Shown here: positions 26,480 through 38,338 of the stretch, in pieces
Layout: the number at the start of each line of letters is the position of its first letter
How positions within the stretch are numbered: position 1 is the stretch's first letter
Assembly (NCBI GenBank): GCA_013265495.1
Contig: MU058009.1
Coordinates: forward strand, 1,180,001 to 1,244,000
From: Vicugna vicugna
Lineage: Eukaryota
Length of the DNA stretch: 64,000 nucleotides
Direction of reading: 5' to 3'
Notes under the pieces: generated by a model
Databases searched by the model: none
What the model saw: only the letters and a program-made list of their open reading frames with translations
What the model was told of the DNA's origin: nothing
Made by a program: the position numbers and the translations under genes

Positions 26480-27024
26480 ATTTTTTAAAATTTTATTGTT
26501 TATTGAAGAGTAGTTGATTTACAGTGTTAGTTTCAGGTGTAAAGTGATTTAGTTATACATATACATACATATTTATATACATACATATTTCAGATTTTTT
26601 CCTTTAGAGCTTATTGCAAGAAATTGAATATAGTTCCCTGTGCTGTACAGTAGGTCCTTGCTGTTTATCTAGTTTATATGTAGTAATGTACATCTGTTAA
26701 CCCCAAATTCCTAATTTATCTCTCCCCCTCCTTTTCCCTTTGGAAAACATAGTTTATTTTCTTTTCTACCCAAATTCCTAATTTATCTCTCCCCCTCCTT
26801 TTCCCTTTGGAAAACATAGTTTATTTTCTAAGTCTGTGAGTCTATTTCTGGTTTGTCAATAAAATTTGTACCTTTTTAAATACAGTGGAATATTACTCAG
26901 GTATAAAGCAGAATGAAATAATGGCATTTGCAGCAACATGAACGGACCTAGAGATGATCATACTAAGTGAAGTAAGTCAGACAGAGAAAGACACATACCA
27001 TATGATATCACTTACATGAGGAAC
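26480..27024 (-). mobile_element. LINE-1 3' end with 5' inversion (twin-priming structure)
   Basis: 26480-26878 is antisense L1 3'UTR. 26879-27024 is the immediately upstream L1 sequence on the + strand (aatggcatttgcagcaacatg...atatcacttacatgaggaa). Confidence 0.9.
26702..26829. repeat. Tandem duplication with 67-bp period inside L1
   Basis: cccaaattcctaatttatctctccccctccttttccctttggaaaacatagtttattttct occurs at 26702 and 26769. Confidence 0.95.
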
Positions 27025-29865
27025 CATTCTTTGAAAGAGCAAAACAGAACTTCTGTGTTGGGGGCTGTATCAGCCAGTTTAGGTTAAGTTATGATGCAGT
27101 AACAAATGACTCGATAATCTCAATGGCTTGTAACAATAAGATTTGTTCCTCACTCATGCCCTGACATCAAGAAGTGTGGAGTCCCTTCCAGCATCTGAAA
27201 ACAAAGGAACCTGCTTCTCCAGTTGCCCTGTCGTCTCTTCCAGACTAAACTGCTTCCACTAACCTTAGCTCATATCCCAGTCCAGAGTCCTGGCTTAAAA
27301 GCTATAGTTCTAGAGACCATCTCATTAGAAATGGATAAAAACAGGAAGTAGAAAAATTCTGAGTATGGAGAAAAAAATTTTTCTGTAATTCCAACTCTCT
27401 CTAGCCATTAGCACTAGTTCTGAGATGGAGATAATAAGCCGTTGTACAGGGTCATCTGAGGATTACATGGAACAGGGCACGTAAAATGGTTAGCAGAATG
27501 GGGACCCCAATGGTGGCTATTATTGTAACTATTATTAGTATCATTGTTGCTATCCACCATTATTTTCCGTCAGGACCTTAGAATGTTACATGTAAAAAGC
27601 GAATTCCTTATTTCCCATAATCTCTTTCTTCCTTGTGTTTCTTCCTCTATAATTCTCCACACTAATAACTTACTTCTGAGTAAATTTAAATCTTAATACA
27701 CTTTCAAATGTCTTTTTTGGAAAATTATTTGTATGGATTTTTTTTTTAACTTGGATTGCCTCATTTTAGGAAAATTCAGGGTGAGGGGAAAAAAAAAAAC
27801 ACTTCTATATCTGCCCACAAACTGAAATTAATGCTTATAAAACAGATCAACTTTAGAGGAAGTCTTTTCATTGGACGCGTGTTGAGTTCTTGCAGCCTAT
27901 TTTGTACATAGACGCCAGATGAGGCCTGGAGAGCTTTGTCCCATGGGCCAACTCCAGGGTTACAAATACCCTGGGAAGACTGCATTTTGCATAGCATCCA
28001 TAAGGAGGCCACCTAGTTGAACCTAACTTCTTTATCACAGATGGTCCTGGAGGGAAGATGAGCTGTACGTTTCCGTCACTGGAAGATCCAGCAGGGAGCT
28101 GCAGGGCTGAAGCACTTTTGGTGGGTAAGGAGCATCTCATCATTCCTGGAACAGCTGTCACACACGAGGTACGCGGGGTGAGCCAGCACATCAGACTCAT
28201 GAAGTAGCGTCTGGGCTGTTCGGCCCTGTTGTCCTGGCCGAGTCAGAGGAAGCTCATGAGATTCTCAGGGGCATGTGAAGCTCAGGACAATTTGATCGCA
28301 GTGATTACCTGGGAACCATCGGACTAATCTGCACACGTAACAGACAGCGTTGAAGACATTCTTTCCAGGGAGTGATAAATGGCGACCGCTTAATCGTGTG
28401 GAGGGAAGGTGATGTAGTTTCAGTTTGGCCTGGTTCCCAGCCTGGACAGCCACGCGAGCCAGCCCAGGCAGCGGCAGTAATAACACTCCGCGGACAGCCA
28501 GCCCCCGGCCGGCCGCTGCTGCCTGCGGCTCTCTGTCTTGTGTATTCTCAGGGGCGGGCACGTATAGAATTTCTAATCTGTTTTTCCCATTAAGGAAAAT
28601 TAGATGTATGAAAGCAATGGCAAATGCTCAGAGTCACACAATGAATATCAATGCTAGAGGCAAAAGTGACACCCAGGTGACCCGTTAGTAAACTAGGCTG
28701 CATGAGAATGAATGGCTTAGGACATTGTATTTGAAGAGGTTTTTTGTTTTTTGTTTTTCCTCTGAAATGAGAGTGGAGAAAGATGTTGGGTATTTACAAA
28801 CATCCAGCCCAGTCCTTTGTACATAATGTTAAGTGAATCAATGCTCATTTCCTTCCCCTACCTTCCCCTCCTCTTCCTCACCTTTCTCCTTTGAATTTTC
28901 ATCTCTGGTAGAAAAAAAAAAGTTTCACTGTTCTCTAAATCCTCCAATGATTCTATCTCTACAAGAATTAAAATATTCCTTGCCCCTTCCTTTCTCCCTC
29001 CCTTCCATGCCGTCCTCTCCCTTAACTCCATCCCTCACTTGTATTCAAGGTGACAGAGATGGTATCTGGGGAAAAGCTCACTAATCAAAGTCAACAAACG
29101 GCAATTCAGAAAAACAGATCCTACAGAAAGAAGAGATGAGAGCATCCCTTTTTCTCTTGGCTTTTGGAAGCTTGAGAAAAGGGGGAGAAATCATTCCTGC
29201 GGGTTAACGTTTGATTTTCACAAGTTCAGGTTTCTCGCATTCTTGGCCGGCCCCACCACCTGCCGGCGCCTGACCTGACAGAGTTCAGGTTAGCCTGACA
29301 GGAAGTGCTGAAAGGATGCCGACAGAGAAGTTCGATGGGAGAGCACGCTGTGCTCACAGCCAGAGTTTTTTCACACACCTGTCCAATTAAGAATCTGGGC
29401 CCATCCTGAATAAATTATATTGCAGCTTTAACTCTGAAGTGCAAGAAGATGCTGTGTGCTCCTGCTGGAGCCAGACTCCTCCTGGGACCATGGCAAATGC
29501 ACCTGGCCCAGCGTCCAAGCAGAGTGGTGCTCACCTGCTTCACCCAGGTGTGTAGCAAGCTTCGTGGCTGTGGCAGTACCCACACCTGGCAACGACCGGT
29601 AAGAGGGCCAAATGCTCCCTTCCCAATAGACCTTATGTGCCTGGGATTTCCCTTCAGTGGTCACTTATCGTATTCATCTGCATGATGTCTGCAAGGCTTT
29701 TTGGCTGAATGGTGGGGAATCCTACACTTTAGCCAAATGGTTCAAGTTGGAAGCTGTCACCATTCTCTGTCTTCTTCAAGGGAGGACACTTTCAGTAAAT
29801 TCAGTAAATTTAGGAAAGCCAGAATGCAGAAATTCTTTCAATGTTACTAATATTTTTTCTGCTAC

Positions 29866-30107
29866 TGTTTTTTTAACTGAGGTATAGTCAGTTTACAATG
29901 TGTCAATTTCTGGTGTGCAGCGTCATGTTTCAGTCATACATGTACATGCATATATTCATTTTCATATTCTTTTTCATTATAGGTTTCCCTCTGGATAGAT
30001 GCCCAGGAGTGGGATCGCTGGGTCATAGGGTAAGTCTGCTTTTAGTGTTTTGAGGACTCTCCATACTGTTTTCCATAATGGTTGCAGCAAACTATATTCC
30101 CACCAGC
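29866..30107 (-). mobile_element. LINE-1 fragment with internal deletion
   Basis: The L1 3' terminus joins directly at ~29985 to ORF2-tail sequence that lies ~500 bp further away in the 57.4-58.9 kb copy. Confidence 0.85.
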
Positions 30108-30175
30108 TTAATGGTTTGTGCTCACCTTCATGATCTTACCCCACATTAGCCACTATGCCTTTCCTTCCGTCTTTG

Positions 30176-30199
30176 TACACACACACACACACACACACA
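30176..30199. repeat. (AC)n microsatellite
   Basis: Direct reading. Confidence 0.95.
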
Positions 30200-31098
30200 T
30201 CTACTTGCCATCAAAAAGGGCAGCAGTGTGTTATCCACAACTAGACTTCTTTTCTACAATATAGTTGGGGGTGAGGGAGGACCCAGTTTAAATCCAAGTT
30301 GTGTTTATGACTGGGATCCATATGTTGGTTAGTGGACTGACTGAGGAAGAATTCTACTGAAAGGAATAAATACCAGGTGTACAACCTTGGTCCAGGGGCA
30401 GCGTGTCAGTCATTAGAAAAGAGCTAGAGATCCCTTGCAGAATGTAATGTCCGTTACTCAGATTTGTTCACCAGTTTCACTTTTATAAACTTAGAGAGAG
30501 AAGAAAACAACTACACGTAAGATACTGTAGAAACTAATTAACTCAACTCTGTGTGAGAATTAAGCAGGCAAGACAGGATGGCTCTGTCACCTATTTAATA
30601 AAACGAAGCACAGACGGGAAGGTCTCATTTCCTTCTGTCGAGGGGCCTCAGCTTTGAGGTATCCAAAGCTGCCACTCCTGACCAGCCTCCACACACACGC
30701 GTGCATAAGTGGTCGTGAGTCTGGAGGCTGAGGGGGCATCAGCACGTGTGTGTGAGGGCTTGGAGGCAGGGCCATGAGCAGCTCGGGGACCTCGAGGCAG
30801 GGACCTCCTTGGTGAGGACCTTCACACTGCCGTGGCAGCGAGGACGCTGGGATGCTTCTGGGCAGTCAGAGCAGCAGTAGCGTCCCCATCACGGAGGACA
30901 GTGAAGTCACGTGGCAGGTGTCATGCAGAACTTGAGAAATAGACTGGGAAGTCCCAGACTTGACTAACGGTGTTGCTTCAGTAGCACGTGGGGCTCAAGT
31001 CATGAAAACACAGCCTACCCTTCCTTTCTTTTTCCCAAGTAGGTAGGTCCTGAAGAAAGAGTATTCGTCATGGAGCTGTGAGAGGTCAGGGCTTAAAA

Positions 31099-31212
31099 CT
31101 GGGATTTGGCACAACATTGCGAAATGACTATAACTCAATAAAAAAAGTTTAAAAAAAAATAAAACCTAAACCAACGGAAAAATAAATAAATAAAATAAAA
31201 TGGAAAAAAAAA
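31099..31212 (+). mobile_element. Extremely 5'-truncated LINE-1 (last ~45 bp plus A-rich tail)
   Basis: ctgggatttggcacaacattgcgaaatgactataactcaataaaaaa matches 2177-2222 of the first L1. Confidence 0.85.
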
Positions 31213-31389
31213 TCGCCTGAGAGAATCCAAGAGAAACGCAGCCAGCTGTGGAAGGGCACACAGCCTGTGAGAGGCAGCGCCGTGGGAGAAAACACAGTTA
31301 CCGTGCCTCTTAGTGAATTGGTCGTTTGATTGCATTTGTGCAGGATGTGTTTCAGCCATTTAAAGTGTAACTGCCGGTGAGTGGCCAGG

Positions 31390-31565
31390 TTGTTCAGTGC
31401 TTGTAAGCACCGTCTCTGACGGCGGACTGCCTGGGTGTGAATCCTGGCTCTGCCGGTTGCTCGCTGCGTGACTTTGCACGAGTCCTTTATCCTCTCTGCG
31501 CCTCGGTTTCCCTAGGTATAGGAATAGAACTACATTATAGATTTTAGAATAAAATTCTCATGAGT
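31390..31565 (+). mobile_element. MIR SINE, CpG-rich copy
   Basis: gactgcctgggtgtgaatcctggctctgcc...gctgcgtgactttg...cctctctgcgcctcggtttcc. Confidence 0.85.
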
Positions 31566-32157
31566 AAGTCTTTTAGACAAATTGATAGGAGCAAATCTCT
31601 TACACAAGAAGATTGATTTTTTTGTTTTTTACTCAAAATCATTCTGGAAGCAATTATAGAGCCATAACATTCCTAAATCAGTGGATGAGAAGCAAGCACA
31701 TAGCATCTGAGTGACTTGGAAGGAAAAAATGACAAACACGCCCCATACACGTACACTTAAAAGTGACTGTCAGTTAAGAGTCAAGAATAACACTGAAGAA
31801 ACAGTTCAAAATACATCCAAACTGTGTGTATCCATCAAGGAGTTTACTTACTAATGTGCCAAGAGAATAGGCTAGACTTCTAGGAAGTCAGCAAGAGTTG
31901 CTACCGTGGTCAAATGTATTTCCAAAAATATTTTATGGAAGAGCTAGAAAGTTAAAATTATTGAGCTGTTGGGTGTCGAAGCAGAATTTTAGGAAGCTTT
32001 TTTTTTTAATTACCTGCAAACCTTCCTGTCTATTGTGCCCATTATTTAAAGCAACTTAAAAGGAGTGCTAAGCACTGCTTTTCATCACAGGGCGCCTCGG
32101 AAAACTGGTCGTGCAGCAGGGCGTTGTCAGGCAGGTTCAGTGCTCCCTTAGAAGCGT

Positions 32158-32750
32158 TCACTTGTTTATTCATTTACAAGACTTTAATTGAACCCCGACG
32201 ACTTACGGACACACTGAACCAGGAGCTGGGGACATAAGGTCACTGCCAACAGTGAGTACCCAGCATTGAGGAGAAGAGATGCCATCGGGTGATCAGAGCA
32301 CAGCTGGACAGATGCACTGAAGGAAGGACACAGGAAGTGACAGGCATGCCTGGTGTGTGTGTGTAAGTGGGAGCCTGGGGTGGGGGTGGGGGGTTATTTC
32401 CGGGGAAGGAAAGGGCAAAGGGAATAGAAATGCTGATCCGGGTTCTGATGGATGAGTGCGGGCCAGCCAGGCATAGAGGGGGCAAGAAAGATATTCCACA
32501 CAGAGGAAGCCCTGTAAATTCAGGGAGGCACCAATGAGCATGGGTCCTTCGGGAAACTCAGTGTGACCGGACACTGGGTTAGAAGGAGGTGGTGAGAGAT
32601 GAGACGACAGAGGTAGGGGCAAGGAAGACATAAGGCCATGAGGAACCTTGTGTGCCAGTCCGAGGGGCGTGGTCCTTACTCACTGAAACCTAACGCCAGG
32701 AGGAGAGAAATTCTGGAAATGGTCCTGCTCAAGCCAGAAGCTGTGGCTGC
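32158..32750 (-). mobile_element. L2 3' end
   Basis: cacttgtttattcatttacaagactttaattgaacccc...ggagctggggacata...gaaccttgtgtgccagtccgagg. Confidence 0.7.
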
Positions 32751-32774
32751 TGGCCTGAGACCAGCTCACTGGCC

Positions 32775-33030
32775 CCAGCGCCGCGGCGCGCGCAGCTGAG
32801 CGCGGAGGGGCCCGCGCACCCGGGTCAGAGCCGCTCCTGTACCTCGTCGCTCTGTGCCCTCGACGTGTGCCGGGCACGTCGTCTACGCTGCTGGTGAGTC
32901 AGGCGCCGCGTCTGTGACGAGCGCTTCCGCAGAGGGCCGGTTAGAGGACTGCACGGCCTGTGCGTGTGCCGCTCTCAGGCCGGGGCAGAGCATCAGGGGG
33001 CTCTCAACAAACGTCAGCTGCTGCTGTCGC
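32775..33030 (+). mobile_element. MIR SINE with extreme GC/CpG enrichment (CpG-island-like)
   Basis: Collinear with MIR: cccgggtcagagcc ~ cctgggttcaaatcc; gctctgtgccctcg ~ gctgtgtgaccttg; agggccggttagaggact ~ agggttgttgtgaggatt; ctcaacaaacgtcagctgctgctgtc ~ ctcaataaatgttagctattattatt. Confidence 0.7.
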
Positions 33031-33319
33031 GACGGCGCCGCCCCGAGTGGAGGCTGTGGAACCCCGTTCGTGTAAACGAGGAGCTGGGGTGAACGCCGTG
33101 GGGGAAAGAGCCGCTCTGTCCGGTAAGACGAGGAAGAAGCATCAGTAGCAGGAGCATCCTTATCTACAACAAATAAACATCCCTCGAGTGCTTGTACTGC
33201 AAGCAAAGGAGAGTTTGAGGGAGGAATCTGGACTGGGCCAACTTGCTGCATAGCTGTTGACTGCAACAAAATCAAGAAATCGGCCATTTTAAATGCCCCT
33301 AGATACTTATATTTAAAGC

Positions 33320-34090
33320 TTTTTAAAAATATGTAATATAGGCCTCCGATACAAAATTCAAAAAATATGAACGATAATAAAATTAAAAAGAAAACGAAAA
33401 CCTTCCTCTGCTTCCTCCCTAGCCCCTCGGGGGCGTCTCTTCCTCCTTTGAGATACTTAGTTTTTATTATTTTTAATTTTTTTTTGCATTGCTTTGTTTT
33501 TCTATCTTTACTCCCCTTTCTAGAGATGATGTCTGATTTTACAAACAGATAAAACACATTTGAACACAAACACAGATTGATATAGCTAGAGACATGTTTT
33601 ATATAAATAAATACACTGAAAAGTAACTGTCAAAATATAAAACAAGAGGGGGCTGAGGTGGAGTCAGAATGGCAGGTGGCGCTCTCGTCCCCCCAGGAGC
33701 ACGGGGAGAGGAAGGAGGGGAGCACCACACGAGGCGTATGAGATTCAGAGACACAAACTACTGCATGTGAAAGCCCTAGGCCACAGGGACGCAGTGTGTA
33801 ACCCAGGGAATTATAGCCACTGTTTTGTAATAACTTTTAATGGAGTAAAAACTGTAAAAATACTGAATCGCTTTCAATAGCCAAGTATACAGAACCATTG
33901 CCTTCTTTTTAAAACTACATACTGTTTCTTTACATGGATGTAGAATACTTTATTTAGTTCCATGTTAATGGAATTTAGATTTTTCCATGATTTTCTTCTA
34001 TATGCAGTTCTGAAGTTGATATACTAGTCCACACATCATTTCACATAAAAGAAGCAGTTACTATAGGTGATATTTCTGAGTTAAAACTAT
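33320..34090 (-). mobile_element. Ancient L1ME-type 3' end interrupted by a younger L1 piece
   Basis: caaaattcaaaaaatatg... on the left; ccttctttttaaaactacatactg...tacatggatgtagaatactttattta on the right. Confidence 0.55.
33648..33872 (+). mobile_element. LINE-1 3'UTR fragment preceded by a possible L1 5' terminus
   Basis: gagattcagagacacaaactact...cagggaattatagccactgttttgtaataact is L1 3'UTR; gggggctgaggtggagtcagaatggcag resembles the L1 start GGGGG..AAGATGGCGG. Confidence 0.7.
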
Positions 34091-34541
34091 ATAAATCTTC
34101 ATAAGTATAGTAAAATTGTACTTCTGAAGAACACGTGAACTTAGTCTGTTTCAAAACTCCCAGGAAGTAAAACAAAATGAATCGGATTGATGTTTACTTT
34201 ATGTAACATCTAGGTTAAATGTAAAATAAAACATAGTTCCGCTTTCTTGTGTGCTTTACACGTACTTTGTCAGTTCTCTTTGAAAATAAGATATATATGC
34301 CCTTTTATAAAACTTAGAATATACTCTCACTGTTTCAAATGAGTATAGGCTTTCACAGTTGTGTCTTTCCTGTTGCTATGTAAATCAGTCATATCAATGA
34401 TTCATGTGGTGCTGAATTCCTGTTCTGAAATATAGCTCCAAATCTCAACACTGCATTTCTAAAACACAAATTTGATCATGTCAGTTTAGTGCTTAAAGTC
34501 CTTCAGTGGTTTCTCATAGCCTCCAAAAACCGACTGGGTCA

Positions 34542-34572
<31 letters not shown>

Positions 34573-35052
34573 TAAACAACAGGGCAGGTTCTTTGGGTCT
34601 TGGTACAAAGCCAAGGAGCTTTATCCACATTGTATTCCGTGTGCTCAAAGGGACGGTCACACATAACACGATGGGAATGGCACCTCTAGAACTGAGCAGC
34701 AGAGCAACTTTGACCAAGAAAAGCTCAGACCCGCTCCACTTGAAAGGGTCCGAGTGTCCAAGGGAAAACCTGCAAGCATGACTTTGAAGAGGAAAGCGTA
34801 TGAAATTTGAAATCAGCTAGACCTATATTTGACTTTTTTTCCTGTTTTTAAAACGTCACTAAACTCTCCTTTCCACTTGTATAAAATTGTGAAAATAATA
34901 TGGTATATAAATAACTCCAGGAGATTTTGTGAGACCTAAATTAGGCATCACCTACAAATACGCATTCTCTACTTACTGTCTTTTCACTTTTCATCTTTTC
35001 CCGTCACATATGCTATAATGGCAGAAATTTACCTTAAAGGGTTACACCTTTG

Positions 35053-35406
35053 ATGAAGGATCTGCAAACCACATCCTGTAGAGCAAATACTGTTCACTGC
35101 GTGTTTGGGGGTGGTCCATGACTGAGCTGAGAATAGTTTTACATTTTAAATGTTTTAAAAAGTCAAAAGAAAAATAATATTTCATGATATGTAAAAATTA
35201 TATGAAATTCAAATTCATTATCCATAAATAATGAATCGGAACACATGTTTTTTCCTTCTATAGAGTCAATGATTGCTTTCATGCTGTGATGGTGAGGTTG
35301 AGTCATTGAGACAGACAATGCTATATACACACATTGCAGCAGAGAGTGAAAAGCTCAAAATATTTACTATCTGGACCTCTCCAAAAAGTTATTTTCCTGA
35401 CCCTTG
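35053..35406. mobile_element. MER33-like hAT-Charlie element
   Basis: gagctgagaatagttttacattttaaatg...gtaaaaattatatgaaattcaaatt...aaaatatttactatctgg. Confidence 0.8.
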
Positions 35407-37643
35407 ACCTAGCCAACGTTACTATAATGTGTTTGCACATATACAAATGCAAATGTCCATATGCCCATATGTCCATGTATTTCCATATCTAGTGGTGATA
35501 GAAAGAAATGTGGATTAGCTAAAACATTTCAGACATGCTCCACCCTTGCAGAGATGGGATGTGGGGATAGAGTGGCCTGTCCCCTGCACAGTGAGGAGAC
35601 ATCTGAGGGCCCTATGTGCAGCCATTGAGTTGAGGGGTTTCTGTTTGGCTACTAATGACTTATACGCATAGTAGAATCTTGCCTTTGGAAAGCCGTGGTG
35701 ACTGCTTTGGGTACATCTTTTATAGCGGTGTATTTGGGTCACCCCAAACTATCACAGAGTCAGAAATTCACTGAGCTTTCCTAATTGGTTGCATAAACAG
35801 TTTTGTGCCTCCTCACTAATGGATGTTTGCTCAATGAATGTCTGTGTGAGTGACAGAATTTGGTCTGAAGTGTTACTTCATTACAAGTTGGTACTGAGTT
35901 TATAGATGTGTAGCGAACCCTTGCGTATTTCAAACTACCATCCTTTCCAAAAAGGATCTACTCGTTACGCAGCTTCATCATCTGGGGAAGTTCGTTAACC
36001 CACTTGAGATGTTGTTGACAGATGTTTCACACCATAAAATAATTATTGAATATTTGCACATCCTTTTTAAAAAAGAATCTTTAATAGCGCTTTCTCATTT
36101 AAAAAGATTTACAATGTCATAAAACTTCATTTAATTTTATCTTTCTGAGTTCTAAATATAGAGAGGACTGGAAAATATATGGGTAAGGATTTGGTGCAGA
36201 GCCTTCAACAGGAATCTTAAATGATTAAAAGCAGAACATGAAAAGCAGTGAAAGACAGGACCTGTGGGTACTATTTTGATAGAGAAGGAGAAAATGAGTT
36301 GGCAGACCAAACCAGCCATCCAGTTTCTCCCTCTTTCTTGCTCTCAATTGCTTGTACCTTTCACTGAGTTTATAAGAGGCACGTGAATAATTGTTTTGTT
36401 GGTCTTCAAATGTAAAAAACATTCTTTAGAGTGATTAGCTAAAATACTGCATGTAAATTAATTTGATCAATCATTTGGGGGCTCCTGAAATTAGTTCTTT
36501 TATGTCTATTCCTTCCTTCAACTAACAAGCAATGATTTACTGTCCTCAAGGTGCTGGGAAATTTGCTGAAAAAGAACAATACCCCCAAATTCACATTTTT
36601 TAAGGCTTCATGGCTTGCAAAGATACCTCGCAGGGCACTGCCTCTAATTTACCTTTATATAGTCCGAACTTCCCCAGGCCCCCTCCAGCCTACAAGTGGG
36701 AACATAACAGAAATAACTCAGACGCCTCTGGCTCATTGCCCCCACCTGTACAGTCAAGCGCATCAGGGTTCCCCCTTGCTCACATCCCATCATTTCTGGG
36801 GGGACCCAAGGTTGTGTGTGTGTAATGGTGAGAAAATGGGGGATATTTAATCCCCTCATTTTCACTGGTGTCCAATGCCCATAAAGTCACTAGGGAGTGG
36901 TTGAGATGCCCTCCTGCTCACCTTGGCACCTTGCCTGATGCAGGCGCTCTGGGTGCCCTCCCTGACTCTCCTTCCCAAAGAAAACTACGTGGTACCTCCT
37001 CAGATGGCAGAACCTCCTTCCATCCCTCCATCCTGGTTACTCCAGGGCTACCGGCTATTTCTCTTGCTGAAAGAGAGGCAGGGCCCATCTGCCCCATTCT
37101 CTTTCCTGCTTTTCCACCTGGACGCTGGGATGTCTGTGTGCAGCTTCTTACAGAGCCTTCTCTCAGCTGTGTGTGCAGTGCCTCCCTCCAGGAGAACTGA
37201 CAGTTTTCATGGTGGAACTGACAGATGCGGAGACAAGACCCAGTCTCCCTTCTCCATGCCCCACCCCCCTCCCCAGCCTCACCTACCGTTAGGTGCCTAA
37301 GCACCCTTCCTACTTTGCCTACTAAAGAGGGCGCATGGAATCCTGGGGTCTGTCTGAACGTGCACCCCATTTGCAATAACCTTTAAAGGCTACTCATGTA
37401 GTAAGCACAGTCACACCGCGTAAGAGCTGGAGTGATCACATCTTCGATCACACAACCGGTGAGGAGCAGAGCAGGCATCTAAGTCCAGCTCTTTTCCTCT
37501 GAATACTTCATTCCTCAGCTTCTAACCCTAAGTCTTTAAGGACATGCAAGTAAAAGCCTTCACTGCTTGGCTTTTCACCTCGTAGCCAAATCTGAAAAGA
37601 AGAGGAGGACAAATACTCGTCTTTGTCCTTTCTTTTTTTTTTT

Positions 37644-38338
37644 TCTAAAAATGAGTTTCTGCAGATTGCCTAACACCGAATATAAATCAAAAATGGGAAA
37701 AAAAAATCCAGTTTGATCGTAAACTAAAATCACCTCCCTTTCATTATCCCTGACTCCCCTAATAGACGATGACGGTGGAAGCGCATAATTGGGAAGAAAG
37801 GCTATTTTGCCCCTGATCGGCCACCTGAGACTTGAAGAAGAATAAAGCTTCCTGCTCTGGAAAGGATTTAGTGAGGTCACAGAGACTAGTTGCCTGGATT
37901 TCATTAATGGATGGATATTAGTTGCTTGTGTTTGTGTTGGGACTTCCTAAAGTATTCAGAATCTCTCTTGCCTTGAATCCTAACCATCAAATCTAAAAAT
38001 GAGTTTCTGCAGATTGCCTAACACCGAATATAAATCAAAAATGGGAAAAAAAAATCCAGTTTGATCGTAAACTAAAATCACCTCCCTTTCATTATCCCTG
38101 ACTCCCCTAATAGACGATGACGGTGGAAGCGCATAATTGGGAAGAAAGGCTATTTTGCCCCTGATCGGCCACCTGAGACTTGAAGAAGAATAAAGCTTCC
38201 TGCTCTGGAAAGGATTTAGTGAGGTCACAGAGACTAGTTGCCTGGATTTCATTAATGGATGGATATTAGTTGCTTGTGTTTGTGTTGGGACTTCCTAAAG
38301 TATTCAGAATCTCTCTTGCCTTGAATCCTAACCATCAA
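37644..38338. repeat. Apparently perfect 347-bp tandem duplication
   Basis: 37644-37990 matches 37992-38338 (offset 348); the ORF track shows the same MKSRQLVSV... ORF twice. Confidence 0.97.

Noticed and set aside
28041..28128. Possible internal exon (cttctttatcacag ... gtaagg)
   Set aside because: Translations are unrecognisable and I found no partner exons; cannot be supported without transcript data.
32854..33075. Superficial WNT-like string (SASAEGRLEDCTAC)
   Set aside because: Cysteine spacing and the rest of the WNT motifs are absent; the DNA is better explained as a GC-shifted MIR.
32883..33569. Longest ORF (228 aa, minus strand)
   Set aside because: The N-terminal half is translated low-complexity L1ME sequence and the C-terminal half is the GC-rich MIR-like patch, where stop codons are rare. 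No recognisable domain.
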